A stretch of 63,545 bases of DNA from Chara braunii (Eukaryota; Plantae; Charophyceae), in NCBI GenBank assembly GCA_003427395.1, contig BFEA01000046.1, forward strand, positions 3,117,576 to 3,181,120, written 5' to 3'. Made by a program: the position numbers and the translations under genes. How positions within the stretch are numbered: position 1 is the stretch's first letter; every line of letters begins with the position of its first letter. The notes beneath the pieces were generated by a model. That model was not told the DNA's origin. It saw nothing but the letters and a program-made list of their open reading frames with translations, and did no database searches. This document shows positions 1-13,962 of the stretch, in pieces.

Positions 1-329
1 TATTCGTATCTCCCTCCCCTTCCGCCCTCTCTGTCACACATGGGTCTCTGCCACAATCTCGCAACTTTAACCCCCTATCCACCCCGAGCTTCCTCTAAAC
101 CTCCCCCTCCCCCCTCCCCCACCCCCTTCTGTCTCTCTCCCTCCTTCTCTCTCTCTCACACACACACACACAGACAGACAGACACACACAGACACACACA
201 CACAGACACACACACAAACACACACACACATACACAGAGTGTCACACACACGTACACAAAAGACCAAAACATGATAAGGAAATGATTAAGCAGCCACATT
301 GTCGAAGCTCACGTTGCATGCCTCAAAAT

Positions 330-760
330 TCATGTAGCACGAAGCTCGCATCGCAGCAAACACTCCGTAGAGTAACAAATTCACGAAGCACCGAGCACAA
401 AAGCACCAAGCACTGAGCAGCACTGAGCACCGAGTAGTACCAAGCACCGAGCAGCATTGAGCACCGAGAACCGAGTACGTAGCACGAAGCACCAAGCATG
501 TAGCACCAAGCACATGGTACAAAGTACCAAGCACGTAGCACCGAGCACTAAGTTCGCGAAGCACCGACCACCTAGCACTGAGCACCGAGTATGTACCACC
601 GAGCACGAAGCACCAAACACATATAATTCATGAAGCACCGAGCACCGACCTCGAAGCACCAAGCACCAACCTCCAAGCACGTATAATTCACGAAGCACCG
701 AGCACCAAGCGCGTAGCACGAAGCACCAAGCATGTAGCATGTAAGCACCAAGCATTGACC
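330..760. repeat. Degenerate AGCACC/GAAGCACCGAGCAC short-period repeat region; related sequence recurs at ~41810-42140
   Basis: Many copies of agcacc/agcacg motifs are visible directly. Confidence 0.8.
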
Positions 761-1739
761 CCAGTTTAAGTTGAGCATTGTCTGGCGGACAACTGATACC
801 CTGATGTAGGCACCAACCACTGCCCTCAAGTATACCTGTGATGAAAATCAAAGCAGACTATCAGTCACCCACATCAGAGATGAGTGATACCTTGATGTAG
901 GCACCAACCATTGCCCTCAATTGTACCTATGATGAAAATCAAAGCAAAGTATCTCTTTTTTGCCCCTTGTTGGCTTCCTCAGTCCCTATCTAGTCCTTAT
1001 GCATTTGTAGGACTTTGAGTACCTCCTCTCCACCTTTGGTTCTCCACGTGCCCCCTTCATTTTGGTTGGAGGCGGGGAGGCAGGGAGGGAGGAGGGTGGG
1101 AGGAAGGGAGGGAGGAAGGAAGGGATAAAGAACGAAAGAAGAAAGGATTGAGAGAGATAAGACAGAAGAGGGAACACAGGAGAGAGGAAGAAAGCAAGAA
1201 AAAAGTTTGATACATCAAGAGAAAGAAATTAAAAAAAAAAAGAGGAAGAGGTAACTATGAGACAAAGAAACAAACTTTATGCAACTTACCAAAGAGTTAC
1301 GAGGAAAGCAGAAGCTTTTGTCTTTTGAATGGTGCGCGGTCCTTGATTTTCTGAAAATTGGAGTTGTTTTTTTTCTCGTGGTCTATTTGGCATATTACAA
1401 GGAGTAAGAAATTGAATTTGTCCTTGTTCATGTACCTGCAGTGATAAGTGGCGAGGAAAATAATTCATGAGTTAGTTAATTGATAAAATATAAAGACGAT
1501 CGCGAGCACTAAGACAAAAATTCCCGCCTCTGATCCACCACGCTCCTCTGCATCCTTGTCCCCGTCATTGTCTACCTTCCCCGAGGAGATCAAAAAAGAA
1601 AAAAAAGGCAAAAAAAAACGAATGAAAAAGAAAAGAAGACCACCAAACACCACCCCCACTACTCCGCCACGCTCATATTCTGCAGTCGCCATGTTCCCCC
1701 CTACTTCGATCTCTTCCCCTTTCTCTCTTCCATGCCTCC

Positions 1740-2440
1740 GCTTGGACACGCCTCTCCTCGTGATCATCCTCCTCCTCCCTGTCATCGGCCTCGACATCCT
1801 GCTTTCCGTCACCATTCTCCACATCCTCGTTCATGTCATCATCCTCGATCCCCGGACCCTGCTCCTCCTCCCCTTCCTCCTCCTCCCTTCATGTTGGATC
1901 CAAGCGGTGCTGTACCTTATCTTTCCCTGCCCTGAAGAGATTGGGAAAAAAAAGGCACCCCTTCCTCCTCCTCCCCTTCCCCCTCCTCGTGATCATCCTC
2001 CTCCTCCCTGTCACCGGCCTCGGCATCCTGCTTTCCGTCACCATTCTCCACATCCTCCTTCATGTCATCGTCCTCGACCCCCGGGCCCTGCTCCTCCTCC
2101 CCTTCGTCCTCCTCCCTTCATGTTGGATCCATGCGGTGCNTGTCATCGTCCTCGACCCCCGGGCCCTGCTCCTCCTCCCCTTCGTCCTCCTCCCTTCATG
2201 TTGGATCCATGCGGTGCTGTACCTTGTCTTTCCCTACCCAGAAGAGATTGGGAAAGAAAAGGCACCCCTTCCTCCTCCTCCCCTTCCTCCTCCTCCCTGT
2301 CATCGACCTCGGCATCCTGCTTTCCGTCACCATTCTCCACATCCTCCTTCATGTCATCGTCCTCGACCCCCGGGCCTTGCTCCTCCTGCCCTTCCTCCTC
2401 CTCCCTTCATGTTGGATCCATGCGGTGCTGTACCATGTCG
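1740..2440. repeat. CCT-rich tandem repeat, unit ~240 bp, 3-4 partial copies, in the last KDZ intron
   Basis: Recurring catcctgctttccgtcaccattctccacatcc...cccttcatgttggatcc blocks. Confidence 0.85.
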
Positions 2441-4044
2441 TTCATCCCTTCTCCTCCCCGTCACCCTCCTCCTCCTCCCCGTCATCATCCTCCTCCTGCC
2501 CATCATCCTCCACATCCTGCTCCATGTCAATCGTCTTGCACCCCTCCGCCCCCACTCCTCCCTAAACACCACCCCTTCTCCTTTGTAACACTACTCTTGG
2601 GCTACCTTCCCCTTCTCCTCCTCTTCCCTGTCGTAGACCTCCTCCCACCTCCCCTCGCCCTCTCTGTCCTCGCCCTCCTCCTCCCCGTCATCGATGTCCT
2701 CCCCCCTCCCCTCTCCCTCCCCGTCATCGTGCGAATGAATCTACTACGAAAAAAACAAAAACATAAAAACAACGCAGTGTATCTGTGCGCCCCTAAAGTT
2801 TCTGGCTTCGAAAAACAGAATCACACAAGGCCTTACTAGACAACTCATGACATGCACAAATGATAAAAATAGTCATCGTGTATCTTTCCATGTTATAGCC
2901 GAAGGTTAACTCTCATTTTGCACAGGCCTTAGCGACGACGCAGCCACGCCCTTCACGCCTCGCGGACCGAAGCTTTCCGATGCCGCGTTTCCACATTCCC
3001 GGACCGAAGCTTCCGGTTAGCCACGGCGAAACATGCAATTCTGCCGGGCCGAATGGTTTCCGATGGACAGTGGAGCACGCGATTTTGCCTACCCGAATAG
3101 TTTCGACGGGGCAGTTTGAACTTGGCCCGACTTCGGTACCCGCCTCCTTTCCCAACACTGGCATTTCAGCCTCGCGTCAGACCGTCATACGAGGACCGCT
3201 ATTTGCTTAAAGAACGGTAAGGGATATTTGTACCTCATGTGTGAATTGTACAACTTATACCCGCAGGAGAAAAGGATAACGTTTTTGTTACCGTACCTCA
3301 TGTTGTGCTTGAATTTGGCAAACCATTTAAACCTTTGCTCGCAAATGGACATGTTCACATCAGTCATCTCTTTGTACTTTCTAGGATTCACATTGGCTTT
3401 GCACCAGTGTCCGACATGGTTGCTGAAATGAAAGTGGTCGACTGTACATGGAAGAAGAAAACAAATGACACAGATATCAATAGTCAGTACATTTTTCGCA
3501 ACTTTATGAAGATGGAGCAATATTGCCCTNNNNNNNNNNNNNNNNNNNNNNNNNNNNNNNNNNNNNNNNNNNNNNNNNNNNNNNNNNNNNNNNNNNNNNN
3601 NNNNNNNNNNNNNNNNNNNNNNNNNNNNNNNNNNNNNNNNNNNNNNNNNNNNNNNNNNNNNNNNNNNNNNNNNNNNNNNNNNNNNNNNNNNNNNNNNNNN
3701 NNNNTACGCACGCAGGCACACACACACATATACACACACACACACGCGCACACAGACACACGCACGCACAAACACATGCACGTAGACATGCACCCAGAGA
3801 CACACATGCGTGCGGCCTGCTGTGTCCCCGGCTTCTGCCACCTCCTTGATTCCCACTGCCACTCGCTCTCCCTCTCCGACTCCATCTGGCTCACCCTCTC
3901 CTACTGAACCCCCGCTCCCATTCCCTTCCGACTCCCCCTACCATGGGCGGACCTATTGATTGATTGATTGATTGATTGAATCGATCAATCGGTCAATCAA
4001 TCAATCAAAGCAATCAACCAATCAGTCAATCAATCGATCCAATT

Positions 4045-4111
<67 letters not shown>

Positions 4112-4444
4112 CAAGGTAAAATGGTACTAAAATCAGAGTTATTTTTACTCATTTGATTCCATGTAGATTTGAACATAAGTATGTTTATCAATAGTTCATG
4201 GGTGTACCATCTTCACCTTCGTGGAATGTTGTCTGGCTTTTTTTTTTTTTTTGCATGATCCACTATTACTCCACCCTCCATCCTCCACTCACCTCTCCCA
4301 TCCATTGTCGTGATGTTGATCTTGTTTGCCCGTCATCCTTGCTCGTCATCCATTCATCCCCTGTCCTCTTTCCATCTATTGTCCTTCTTCCCTCCTAAAG
4401 AGATCACCCTCATCATTCAAAATGGTACAAGAGGATCAGATGGG

Positions 4445-4523
<79 letters not shown>

Positions 4524-4574
4524 TGAGAGAGAGAGAGTGAGAGAGAGAGAAAGAGAGAGAGAGAGGTGGGCATA

Positions 4575-6260
4575 ATGTGGACGACTCTGGTGGACACGAG
4601 GGGAATGATTGCAACATGGTGAGTGAAGGGGTTGTGATGGACGTTAGGTCGAGGTAGGGAAGAATCGAGGCGACGATCAAGAGATAGATAGATAGATAGA
4701 TAGATATTGTGTTCAACGAAGGAGTGGTGACCAAGGGAACAGTCATTATAAGACTATGCCGGGACGTATCTGAGCAGAATCACGGTACAAAATCAACCAG
4801 AAAGTGTGAACACTTCTCTGCGTTCAATTCGGGGGTTGATATGCACACTATGTCCAGGACGTATCTGATCGGAACCACCGCAAAAGTCATTGTTATTCCA
4901 CCAGGTTTTCAGCAATTTACTATTATTCCAACGGTGGTACCAGTTGGGCGGCACTGTCGGCATTGAGCTTATGTTGTGCAACTGATTGATCGGGTCCAAT
5001 ACCAAACTGTTGCATACTCGTGAGTTGTCTCACGAAGTGTGGGCAGAACCAAGAATCAACCAATATAGGGAGAGTACAAATGCAGCGAAAGTCTGAAATG
5101 TGGACTGACTCACATAGACTGGACTCACACAGATAGCACTCAAATCCAAACAATCGCGAGTGGGATGAGATCTGGGACCATGCACAAAGAAGCCCAGATC
5201 CCGTACACGCATCCACAGATGAATGGGGGAGATGAGAAGAGAGTGGGAAGGAAGAGGGAGATGGAGTCAGTGCCGAATGTCCAAAAATAGAATCCGGAAT
5301 GTCATCAATAAGGTAACCTCAAAATGTCACCAAGATACAATAATGTCGTCGGCACCCAAGTCACCTCTGGGTGACAACCCGAAATCGTAACTCTGGTCTA
5401 AACTGCAATGCCACCAATATCCCTCACTGCCTCATCTGCTGAATACCATGTCCTCTCTGCTCCTGAAGTCTGACTCCGATCTCATGTCCAACTGTAACTG
5501 AAGTAGAATCTAGAAGAAGAAGAAGAAGAAGAAGAAGAAGAAGCAAGAAGAAAAAGAAGAAGCAGAAGAAGAAGCAAGAAGAAGAAGAAGCAAGAAGAAG
5601 AAGAAGAAGAAGAAGAAGAAGAAGAAGAAGAAGAAGAAGAAGAAGAAAGAAGAAGTAGAAGAAGATGATATGGACTAGGGGGAAAAAGAAGAAGAAGAAA
5701 AAGAACATGAGACTGAGGGGAGGATGAAAAAGGGAGAGAAGGGAGGGAGATGGCGAGGTAGGGAGAAGGAAGTCCCTCACTTCCACCTGTCCTAACCTGT
5801 TGTTGTCATTGTCATCGGAGTAGTGCTCGAAGGAGCAATGGCACACAGGTAGGCCGCAGGTAAGTCCTCGCCCTCTCAAGCTCTCCTCAGCGCAACACTA
5901 CACCTAGCGCTCGCTACAAACAGCGTTGCACCCGAAATTGCAACTACGCAGTGCTCCTCATTGTTGTCCACTCGAGAATGCCGGACAGACCGTCTGGCTG
6001 GTACTATGTATCGAAAAGGTGAGGTGCAGCCTTGAGGCTGCGAAACAGCGCTGTCATTTGAACCGTCGGTGGTCTGACAGTTCAGATCAGATTGGCGGGC
6101 GGCAGCCTCAAGCGCCGCCAGGCCAACGTGAAATGCGGTCGACTAGTCCTACGAGCAGCCTAGTGGAAAATGGTCCCGCCTTTGGCTGGACTGGCCGTCG
6201 GTACCCCCCTGAACTGTCGAAGTCGGGCCTAGAATGGCCCGTGTGGAATAGTATGTAACA
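4575..6260 (-). mobile_element. Probable solo LTR or non-autonomous TG-starting element
   Basis: The minus-strand start TGTTACATACTATTCCACACGGGCC resembles the termini of the 9310 and 47498 elements. The left boundary is uncertain and no TSD was found. Confidence 0.4.
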
Positions 6261-7099
6261 CTGGGTAAAACAGAACCTCTGATATCAGACTATTAAAACA
6301 GAACCTCTCTCTCTCTCTCTCTCTTTGTTCTTTAGTTTTATTATTGGCACGTCCGAGCAAGTGGTCCTGTGCCACTTTGGTACCCTAGCTCAATTACAAA
6401 TTACGTTTTGTTTTAGTCATCATCTTATTTGTTAAATAGTACACACTTGTAGGGATAACTAATTTCAGTTATGAAGATTTTTTTTTGCAAAATCAGTTAA
6501 AGGTATGTTTTGAGAGCATGTGAAAGTGTCTTACCAACGTGATGGATCTTTTGCACATCGGTAAATTGTGTTATCTTTGCCGTCGCGGTTCTCCGTTTTT
6601 CATTCAATGCAAAACGAAGAAGATGACACATATCATCATAGCCAATGAACTCTGGGAATGGATGGTTTGCAAAGAGTGTCAAAATGTAATGATACACCTG
6701 CATGAAAGACATACATGGGGATACAAAAATTTAGTGTTTTGTGTGGCTGAATCAAATTTTGAAATATAATCTAAAATAATAAATAAGATGATTTACTAAC
6801 ACAGTGAAAATACATTTTAGATTGAGATCTCATACCTGTGTGCATGATTCAGCCAGAACCATTTCCATTGGAGGGAACATGAACCCACATGCCCAAAAAC
6901 ACTGGACTGAGCCACAAGTGTTGCGCTTTTCATCATCGATTTTGCGCGGTGTGCATGTTGTTCTATGTAGCTTTGATCCCCGCTTCCGTTCTGCCAAATC
7001 CTTAGACTTGTCTTCCTCTATCTCAACTCCCTCATAGAAGTCCATAGGTAACTCTTTGTCGTTGAAACGCTTCATAATGTCTTCTGCATGTTTGCCAAC

Positions 7100-8545
7100 A
7101 AAGTCTTCCTCTGTGCACCATAGTGATTTTGAGTATGGTTTCGATTTCCATTTCACGAGGTACCAGATTTTCTGCAGCATTTTCAAAGAAGATACCACAA
7201 GAAAAGGAACATAGTGCAAGATTATGAATGAGTGATTATGTGCAATAGTGCAAAAAAATAAACACGGTGGGGAAACAGAAGGAACACTTAAGAGAATACA
7301 GCTCAACTAAAGGAAAAACGTTCATTGTGCTTAGAGAGGTTAATACATATCATTAAATTTTGCTTTTTTCAGTGTTATAAACCCGGTAGGACCAAGAGTC
7401 CGTTCCCCAAATGGAACCGGGCCGGTCGTACCGGCCGGGCGACCGGGCCGGTTCCCTCCTGGTTGCCTGTAGTGCATCCAATCTGGGGGTTTCACCAGTT
7501 TTCTTTTGGGCTAGGACGCGTGCATGCAGGTCGTGGTGGTCTCCTAGCCCAAAAAAAAATCAAACCAGGTCCCGTAGGCCCGCCCAAAAGGTTTAAAAAG
7601 GGCGGGTTATCTGGACCGTTGATCTTGAGACATTGACAGCCCAGATAGGCCCCCCTTTTGAAACCTTGTGGACATGAAGTACCGGTCCTACCCCGCCCAG
7701 AGGCCTACCTGTTCGCTCCCCCGCCTTTACCCTCCTCCTTCCCTGAACCTATTGCCTGTTCCCTCCCCTGCCTGTCTGCTGAAGCGCCTCCGTACTTTCT
7801 GAAAGCCATTCACTAACCCACCAACCATAACCCCCCCAACCCCTGAGATACTTCCCCCCCCCCCCCCAACTAAACTTCTCTGTTCAAAGTTTTCTTTGCG
7901 GCTTCGGGAAGATCTCGACCCGACGACTCTTGAGTTTTGCACAGATGTCACGTGGCTCTAGCAGACAGTTGTAGTTGTTCTTGTTCGTTAGATGTTGCAG
8001 CGGGGTTGTTCTCTTATGCATCCTCTGAGGAGGCCATTCCCAGCGCCACAGGTCTCCACTTAACTCTCACACATCGGTGCACCACCCTATATGGGGAATA
8101 TTGCCCTTGTTCCTTTGTCCCCACGTCACACATTCGTACAAAACGTAATGTTTCAAAAAATTGACCCACTTTTGGGTCAAACTGGAATTCCGGTTGGACC
8201 ACTGGGGGTCCAACCAGCCCGGTTGGATCCGGGCTGCTCCAACCAACCGGTTGCCTGCACAACGAAGACTTATTTTTACTCACCAGAGCAACAAGAAAAA
8301 CAGTCTGGGGAAGGAGGGAAGGAATAAACCCGTTGAAGTCATCCTGCTCAGAAACACATTTTTATCTGTTTAAACCCGATGAAATGATGTAGTCCCATAC
8401 TCATGGGCAAGGAGGGAAGGAATAAAACTTTCACTCTATATCCTTCTCTAAAGCAACATATTTTTTTTGTGGGACTACTAAATCATTCGACATATCTTAC
8501 CTTTCTGAACATGTGAGACTTGAGAATGCACTCTGCATTTTTTAT
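7100..8545 (-). other. Chromodomain-like segment inside the KDZ transposase, split by the 8500-7172 intron
   Basis: Spliced peptide AECILKSHMFRK|KIWYLVKWKSKPYSKSLWCTEEDF matches the chromodomain pattern vE.Il..r....YLVKWkg.p....tW..e. Confidence 0.7.
7370..8290. mobile_element. Non-autonomous DNA-transposon-like remnant, hAT-like CAGTGTT end with CCGG-rich subterminal motifs
   Basis: It starts cagtgttataaacccgg and has clustered accgg/ccggt motifs. 8083-8155 is homologous (inverted) to 11322-11393. The second TIR was not found. Confidence 0.35.
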
Positions 8546-9253
8546 TTGTATTGAGGACCGCAGTCGAGTGCATGATGCAATTGGTTCCTCCGTCTGCACA
8601 AGAAGCTCATTTGATCTGGAACTCTCTCCAATTGGTTCCTCTGCCTGTGCAAGAAGCTCATTTCATCTAGAACTGTCTCCAATTGGTTCCTCTGCCTGTG
8701 CAAGAAGCTCATTTGATATGTAACTCTCTTCCTGATAATTGATGCTCTTTGCCGAGTCCTTCTTCTTGTTCCAATGCGCACGACACAACTTTCTTCTTTG
8801 CAGTGGTGTCTCCGGGCATCCTTTGACCACTTTGCCTATTGCAATATGGTATAATGGAACATCCTTTATTTGACTTCTTGCTCGACAGACTTTGAAGTGT
8901 CAATCAATCTGGCAGTATAGGCCGCACAGATCTTCATTGCAACTTGCAGGGTGATTATGTGCCTCTTCAAGAAGGTGAAACCAAAAAGGTTCTTCAACCT
9001 GTGTATTTTTTTTAAATACCATATAATAAATCAACACACTCAATAGTTAATTTTTATTGATTGGTGCCTATTCATAAATTTAAAGGTAATTGCTTTTTAA
9101 CAGCTGATATGCCACACTACAGACTTTGTCATTAGAATTTTTTTTGATATAGTCTATTTTTTTTTTCTGATATTAGATTTTCCTCCTCCCCTATTTTTCT
9201 GTTTTTCTTTGTAATGTTCTTTTAGTTTCTCTCTTCGCTCCCTCATTCCTCTT

Positions 9254-9309
<56 letters not shown>

Positions 9310-9313
<4 letters not shown>

Positions 9314-11024
9314 ACATGCTGCGCCTGCAGACGAGGGTCATTTTCCAGGCCGTGATCCTCAGCCTGAAAGCCTGAAATTCAGGCGAAAGCCAGGGCCTAC
9401 AGGCCCCGTGTCTGTTCAACCCGAAAGCCTGAAAACAGGGGCCTGCAGTCCCTATGTCGTTTCAGACTAAAATGGGCATTAGCCTTTTTAGCCTGAAACA
9501 AAGGGCCATTTTCCATCGTTCATCAGAACCACCGGCCTTGAAACTCAGGCACCGAACCAGGGTCTTGGGAACAAGCTGTTCTGGGCCTGTTCCCACGACA
9601 GCTGCAACTGCAGACCCTGGCTCGTGAGGTCACTCGCAAGAGCAGCCTCCTGGACTGCACGAGCTGCCACTGCAGCTCGTCACGAGGCAGGCCAGAGGCA
9701 TACCAGGGAAGTACTTAGGACCTCCTTGGCACTTCACGGGCAGGTAGTTGCAGGATCAGTCAGTAGTTGTCAGGATTCTGTAGTAGTCTTCAGGAGCAGC
9801 GTTAGAGTAGCTTCGGCGCTGGGCGCTATAGCAGTAGTAGTAGCGTAGGTTGGAGGAGATGCTGGCGGAGGCCAGGGATACTTACCTCAGGCGCCATAGC
9901 TCCAGCTTCGTCGTCTAGGTACCTGCAGTAGGGCACCAGCGTACAGGTAACTTACCTGTGGCGCCATAGCTCCTACTCCATCTTCGGGGTACCTGCAACC
10001 ATGGCGCCAGCTTCGCAAGTTAGTATCAGACTACAAGAGAGTGAGAGAGAGAGTTCTTTTTCTTCCTCTTCTAAGTTCACCATCGCATCTCCACCCTCTC
10101 GTGACCTGCTTTGTCGGTATCTGCAGACTACGAGAGAGACTAGTAACTTTGGAGTTGACAACATTCAGATCAAACTCGACGTTGGGGTTCAGACTTACGA
10201 CGAGAGATTATTTGGGACTCGTACCTGAGACTCGGTGTTGGCCACATCCCCATCTCTCCTCCCGTCGTTCATCTCTGCTCCATTTTGTCTCATCTCTCCC
10301 CTCATCTCGTCTGTGTATGATTCACACCGTGCACTGATGAGGATGGACGTTGATCTGCAGTTCGACATTGGTTGCGGATGATTGTTGATGTCTAACATTC
10401 CGCTGCGCTATACTTTTTCTGTGTGAAAGATTGGTTCTTGCCCTGTTGCGTACCAGCTTGGTACTTCACAGTTTGCTATCCCCCCTCTTACCAATAGTCC
10501 GGGGGCCAGTCGTCTCCCCCGGACGTCCCATCGGACATCCGGTACCCCCGTTGTCCGAAAAACAATTTTTTTTTTCCCAAAAAAAAAAAAGTAAAAACAA
10601 TTTTTTTTATTTTTTTTTCGGTTTTTGATTTTTAACTCATGCTTGGCTTCGAATTTGAACATAACATATATTTCTTTTAGATTTTTCTGAGATTTGTTTT
10701 TTTTTTATTATTAATTTTTTTGGTGCTAGGTCGGACATACCCTGTCCGGTCAGACATCTGACTAGACGTCCGGTCGGACATCCCGGACGGTCAAGCGGGG
10801 CCCGGACGTTCGATCCAACAACCTAGGTCTAGGTTAGGGTTTAGATCCAAGCCTTTCGGTGTATTTCAAAGTTCCACTTTGCATGTATCAGGATGAACAT
10901 TGCTCGTTGATATTCCGCTGAACGTTGCATTGTCATATCAGTCTTTTTCATCACTTTGCGGATCCTTGGCTCATCTACATTGCCCATCTGAAAAATGGCC
11001 CTCGTGTGCAGGCACAGCATGTAA

Positions 11025-11026
<2 letters not shown>
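9310..11026 (+). mobile_element. TG...CA element with ~39-bp terminal inverted repeats inserted in (CT)n; solo LTR or non-autonomous TIR element
   Basis: Left end TGTTACATGCTGCGCCTGCAGACGAGGGTCATTTTCCAG vs reverse complement of right end TGTTACATGCTGTGCCTGCACACGAGGGCCATTTTTCAG. (CT)n lies on both flanks. The interior is homologous to 46091-47498. Confidence 0.8.
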
Positions 11027-11098
<72 letters not shown>

Positions 11099-12939
11099 CC
11101 TCTCTAACTCTCTCTCTCTCTTTGTTACTTACTATGATGTGATGCGTCTTCGTGAAATTCATAAATTTAAATAGCCTGGTGGTGCAATGGTCAGGAAAAG
11201 TCCCTTCCTTGCTCAGGGTAGCCTAGTGGCGCGGGGGGTCAGGGAAAGTCCCTTAAATGAAATTCATAAATTCATGAATTAATATCCAAATTATATAAAT
11301 TTGTTAAAAACAGATAAAAAAAAACGTTACGTTATGTACAAATGTGTGAGGTGGGCACAAAAGGAACAAGGCCAATACTCCCCATATAGGGTGATACTGG
11401 ATAGTACTGGTGAGTAGAAGGTAGGGATATTGATAGAGGAATGGATTCTCAGCTAGAATTTGGATGTTGACTATGCGGCGAGTCTGCCAGGCAGCTCTGC
11501 CCCGTGGCCCGCCTTTTATATATATATTTTTTATGCGATTGGGGGAGCTCTTGAGGGAGTGGTAAGAGCATCTTCCTTATTTGACTAACATGCTATGCAA
11601 TGATAAATTACCTCAGAGAGTATCATGTCGACATTCTTCACATGAAAGTTTATGTGATCTATCAAGTGTGTACAATGACCTTGAAGAAAGATTGATACCC
11701 TCCAGCGCAAATATGCATCTTCGAATCTTTGACAGTTCAAAATGTAACGGTCTGTGTGTCTATGCCTCAAAATATCTTTCCCTTGCTCCTCTGCTGTCAA
11801 AAACCTTGTAAGATCTTCTCGGTCATTGTGAACTGATATTGATGTTGAGAAACCTGCATTTGCTTCATACCTGCAAAGGATATTAGGAAAAAAAAGGCTA
11901 AGTTTAGAATTTTAGTCATTTTCGTTTGGTTGACTACCCTGCCACCCCACCAATTTTACAAAGGGAAATAGGACCTCAAAACTGCTTGTTCACAGACAAC
12001 CAAACTAGACAATCAGTCGGAACAAAAATGGACAGACTCAAAACCAAGCTCCAAACTGAAAAACCGACCTAGATTGTACGCAAAACAAACCCACAACACG
12101 CAATTGAAGAGGCTGGAAATTTTTTAAAAAACTAACAAACTTTAATGGATTCAAGGACTGAAGCAAGTTGAAGCCAGCCTCGAACAAACTCCCACGAACA
12201 AAAAGTTGTCAATTCATACGCTATACTGAAAAAGAAAAGCAACAAAAGTCCAAAACACATGTACTGTTCGGGTGTCCACAGGTGTGTGCAGCACGAAATT
12301 ATCGTGCGGTTGGTGAACGGTTGGACCGATGGTTTGCAGGAAAGCGTGGCTTACTGAGGACAGGAAAGGGGGATGGCAGATGGGCGGTCGGAGCGCCGGT
12401 CCGCAGGATTCTGTGGGTGGAAAAAGGGAAATAGAAGATGGGCTGTGGAAAAGTCGGGTGCAACGGGGAAAGGTGCGGATCATTGTGCGGAGCGGCAAAA
12501 GCAAGCGAACCGATCAGCTGATGCACATAAGTGGCATTGCGAAGAGGGACGTGGGAGGGATGGGGACAAAGCGGGTGAAGCAAAGGGAGTGGTAGAAGCT
12601 GGGGAGAGAGAAGAAGCAGGGGAGGGGGGGGAAGTGAAGAAGGGGGGGAAGAGGGGGGAGTTGGGAGAACCGGGGAGAGACCACTTGGAATGCATCTAGA
12701 CATGAACCCGTCGAGATGCATTCCATATCTTGATGGTTGGCGAGTGGTGTGGTGCAAGTATTGCCATCCCTAGAATATTGGATTGATTTGCTGCATCGTC
12801 GTTGATGTGACCGAATTACCTGCCACTCTTTTTGGTTGGCTGCCCAAGTTGCATGCCATAATATGTGCACAAAAGCAGCATGGACCTGGCTCGCTATGCC
12901 CATGAAATTCATCTTAGTAAATTCCGTCACATGCTCACT

Positions 12940-13359
12940 GCCTCAGTGTGTACAGTGAGCACATGACAATGTTTTCCTGTATCGAGCTCCATGATTCAGA
13001 ATCCACAAGCGCCCACATACACGCACGGACACGAACACCACCATCATCCAGCCACCCACCCACCCACATTTTTTCTCCCACCTCCCTTCTCCCACCTCGC
13101 TCTCCCTCTTTCTTCCCTTCTTCTTTTTGCAACTTACCAATTCTCCTTTCTCCCCACTTTACATCATTTATCTCTGTCCCCGACGTCCATCAGACCCAAT
13201 TCTTCTCATCTTCCATCACAGCTGACCAACCGAGAGGGAGGTAGAGAGCCAGAGGGAGGGAGAGAGCCAGATGGTGGGAGAGAGAGATACCAAAGGCGCG
13301 AAGCACAATTCCGAGTATCCGAGAGGGAGGGAGAGAGCCAGATGGTGAGAGAGATAGCA

Positions 13360-13390
<31 letters not shown>

Positions 13391-13500
13391 AACAGAGAGA
13401 GAGAGAAAAAAAAAAAAAAAAAAAAAAAAAGACAGACAGAGGGAGAGAGAGGGGGAGGGAGGGAGAGTAAAGACGAGGGGAGACTCTCTCTCTCCCCCCT

Positions 13501-13539
<39 letters not shown>

Positions 13540-13960
13540 GGGTGTACAGTGAGCAGATGACAATTTTTTTTCTGTACCGAGCTCCACGATTCAGAATCCA
13601 CAAGCGCCCACATACACGCACGCACACGCACACCACCATCATCCACCCAACCGCCCACCCGCCTCCTTTCTCCCACCTCCGTTCTCTCACCTCCCTCTCC
13701 CTCTTTCTTCCCTTCTTTTTGCAACTTACCAATTCTCCTTTCTCCCCGCTTTACATCATTTATCTCTGTCCCCGACGTCGATGAGACCCAATTCTTCTCA
13801 TCTTCCATCACAGCTGACCAACCGAGAGGGAGGTAGAGAGCGAGAGAGAGGGACAGAGTGAGATGGTGGGAGAGAGATAGAGGGAGGGAGGGAGCGAGAT
13901 GGTGAGAGAGATAGCAAGAGAGAGAGAGAGAGAGGGAGGAGGAGAGAGAGAGAGAGAGAC
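12940..13960. repeat. Tandem duplication of a ~590-bp unit with (GA)/(CT) tracts
   Basis: 12940-13400 is near-identical to 13535-13930. Confidence 0.85.
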
Positions 13961-13962
13961 AA

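Noticed and set aside
1556-2839. 427-aa Pro/Leu-rich ORF
   Set aside because: It is a product of the CCT-rich tandem repeat, contains an N, is open in several frames and lies antisense within a KDZ intron.
9878-9887. U1 snRNA 5' end-like ATACTTACCT
   Set aside because: No downstream U1 similarity. It reads equally as an antisense splice donor.
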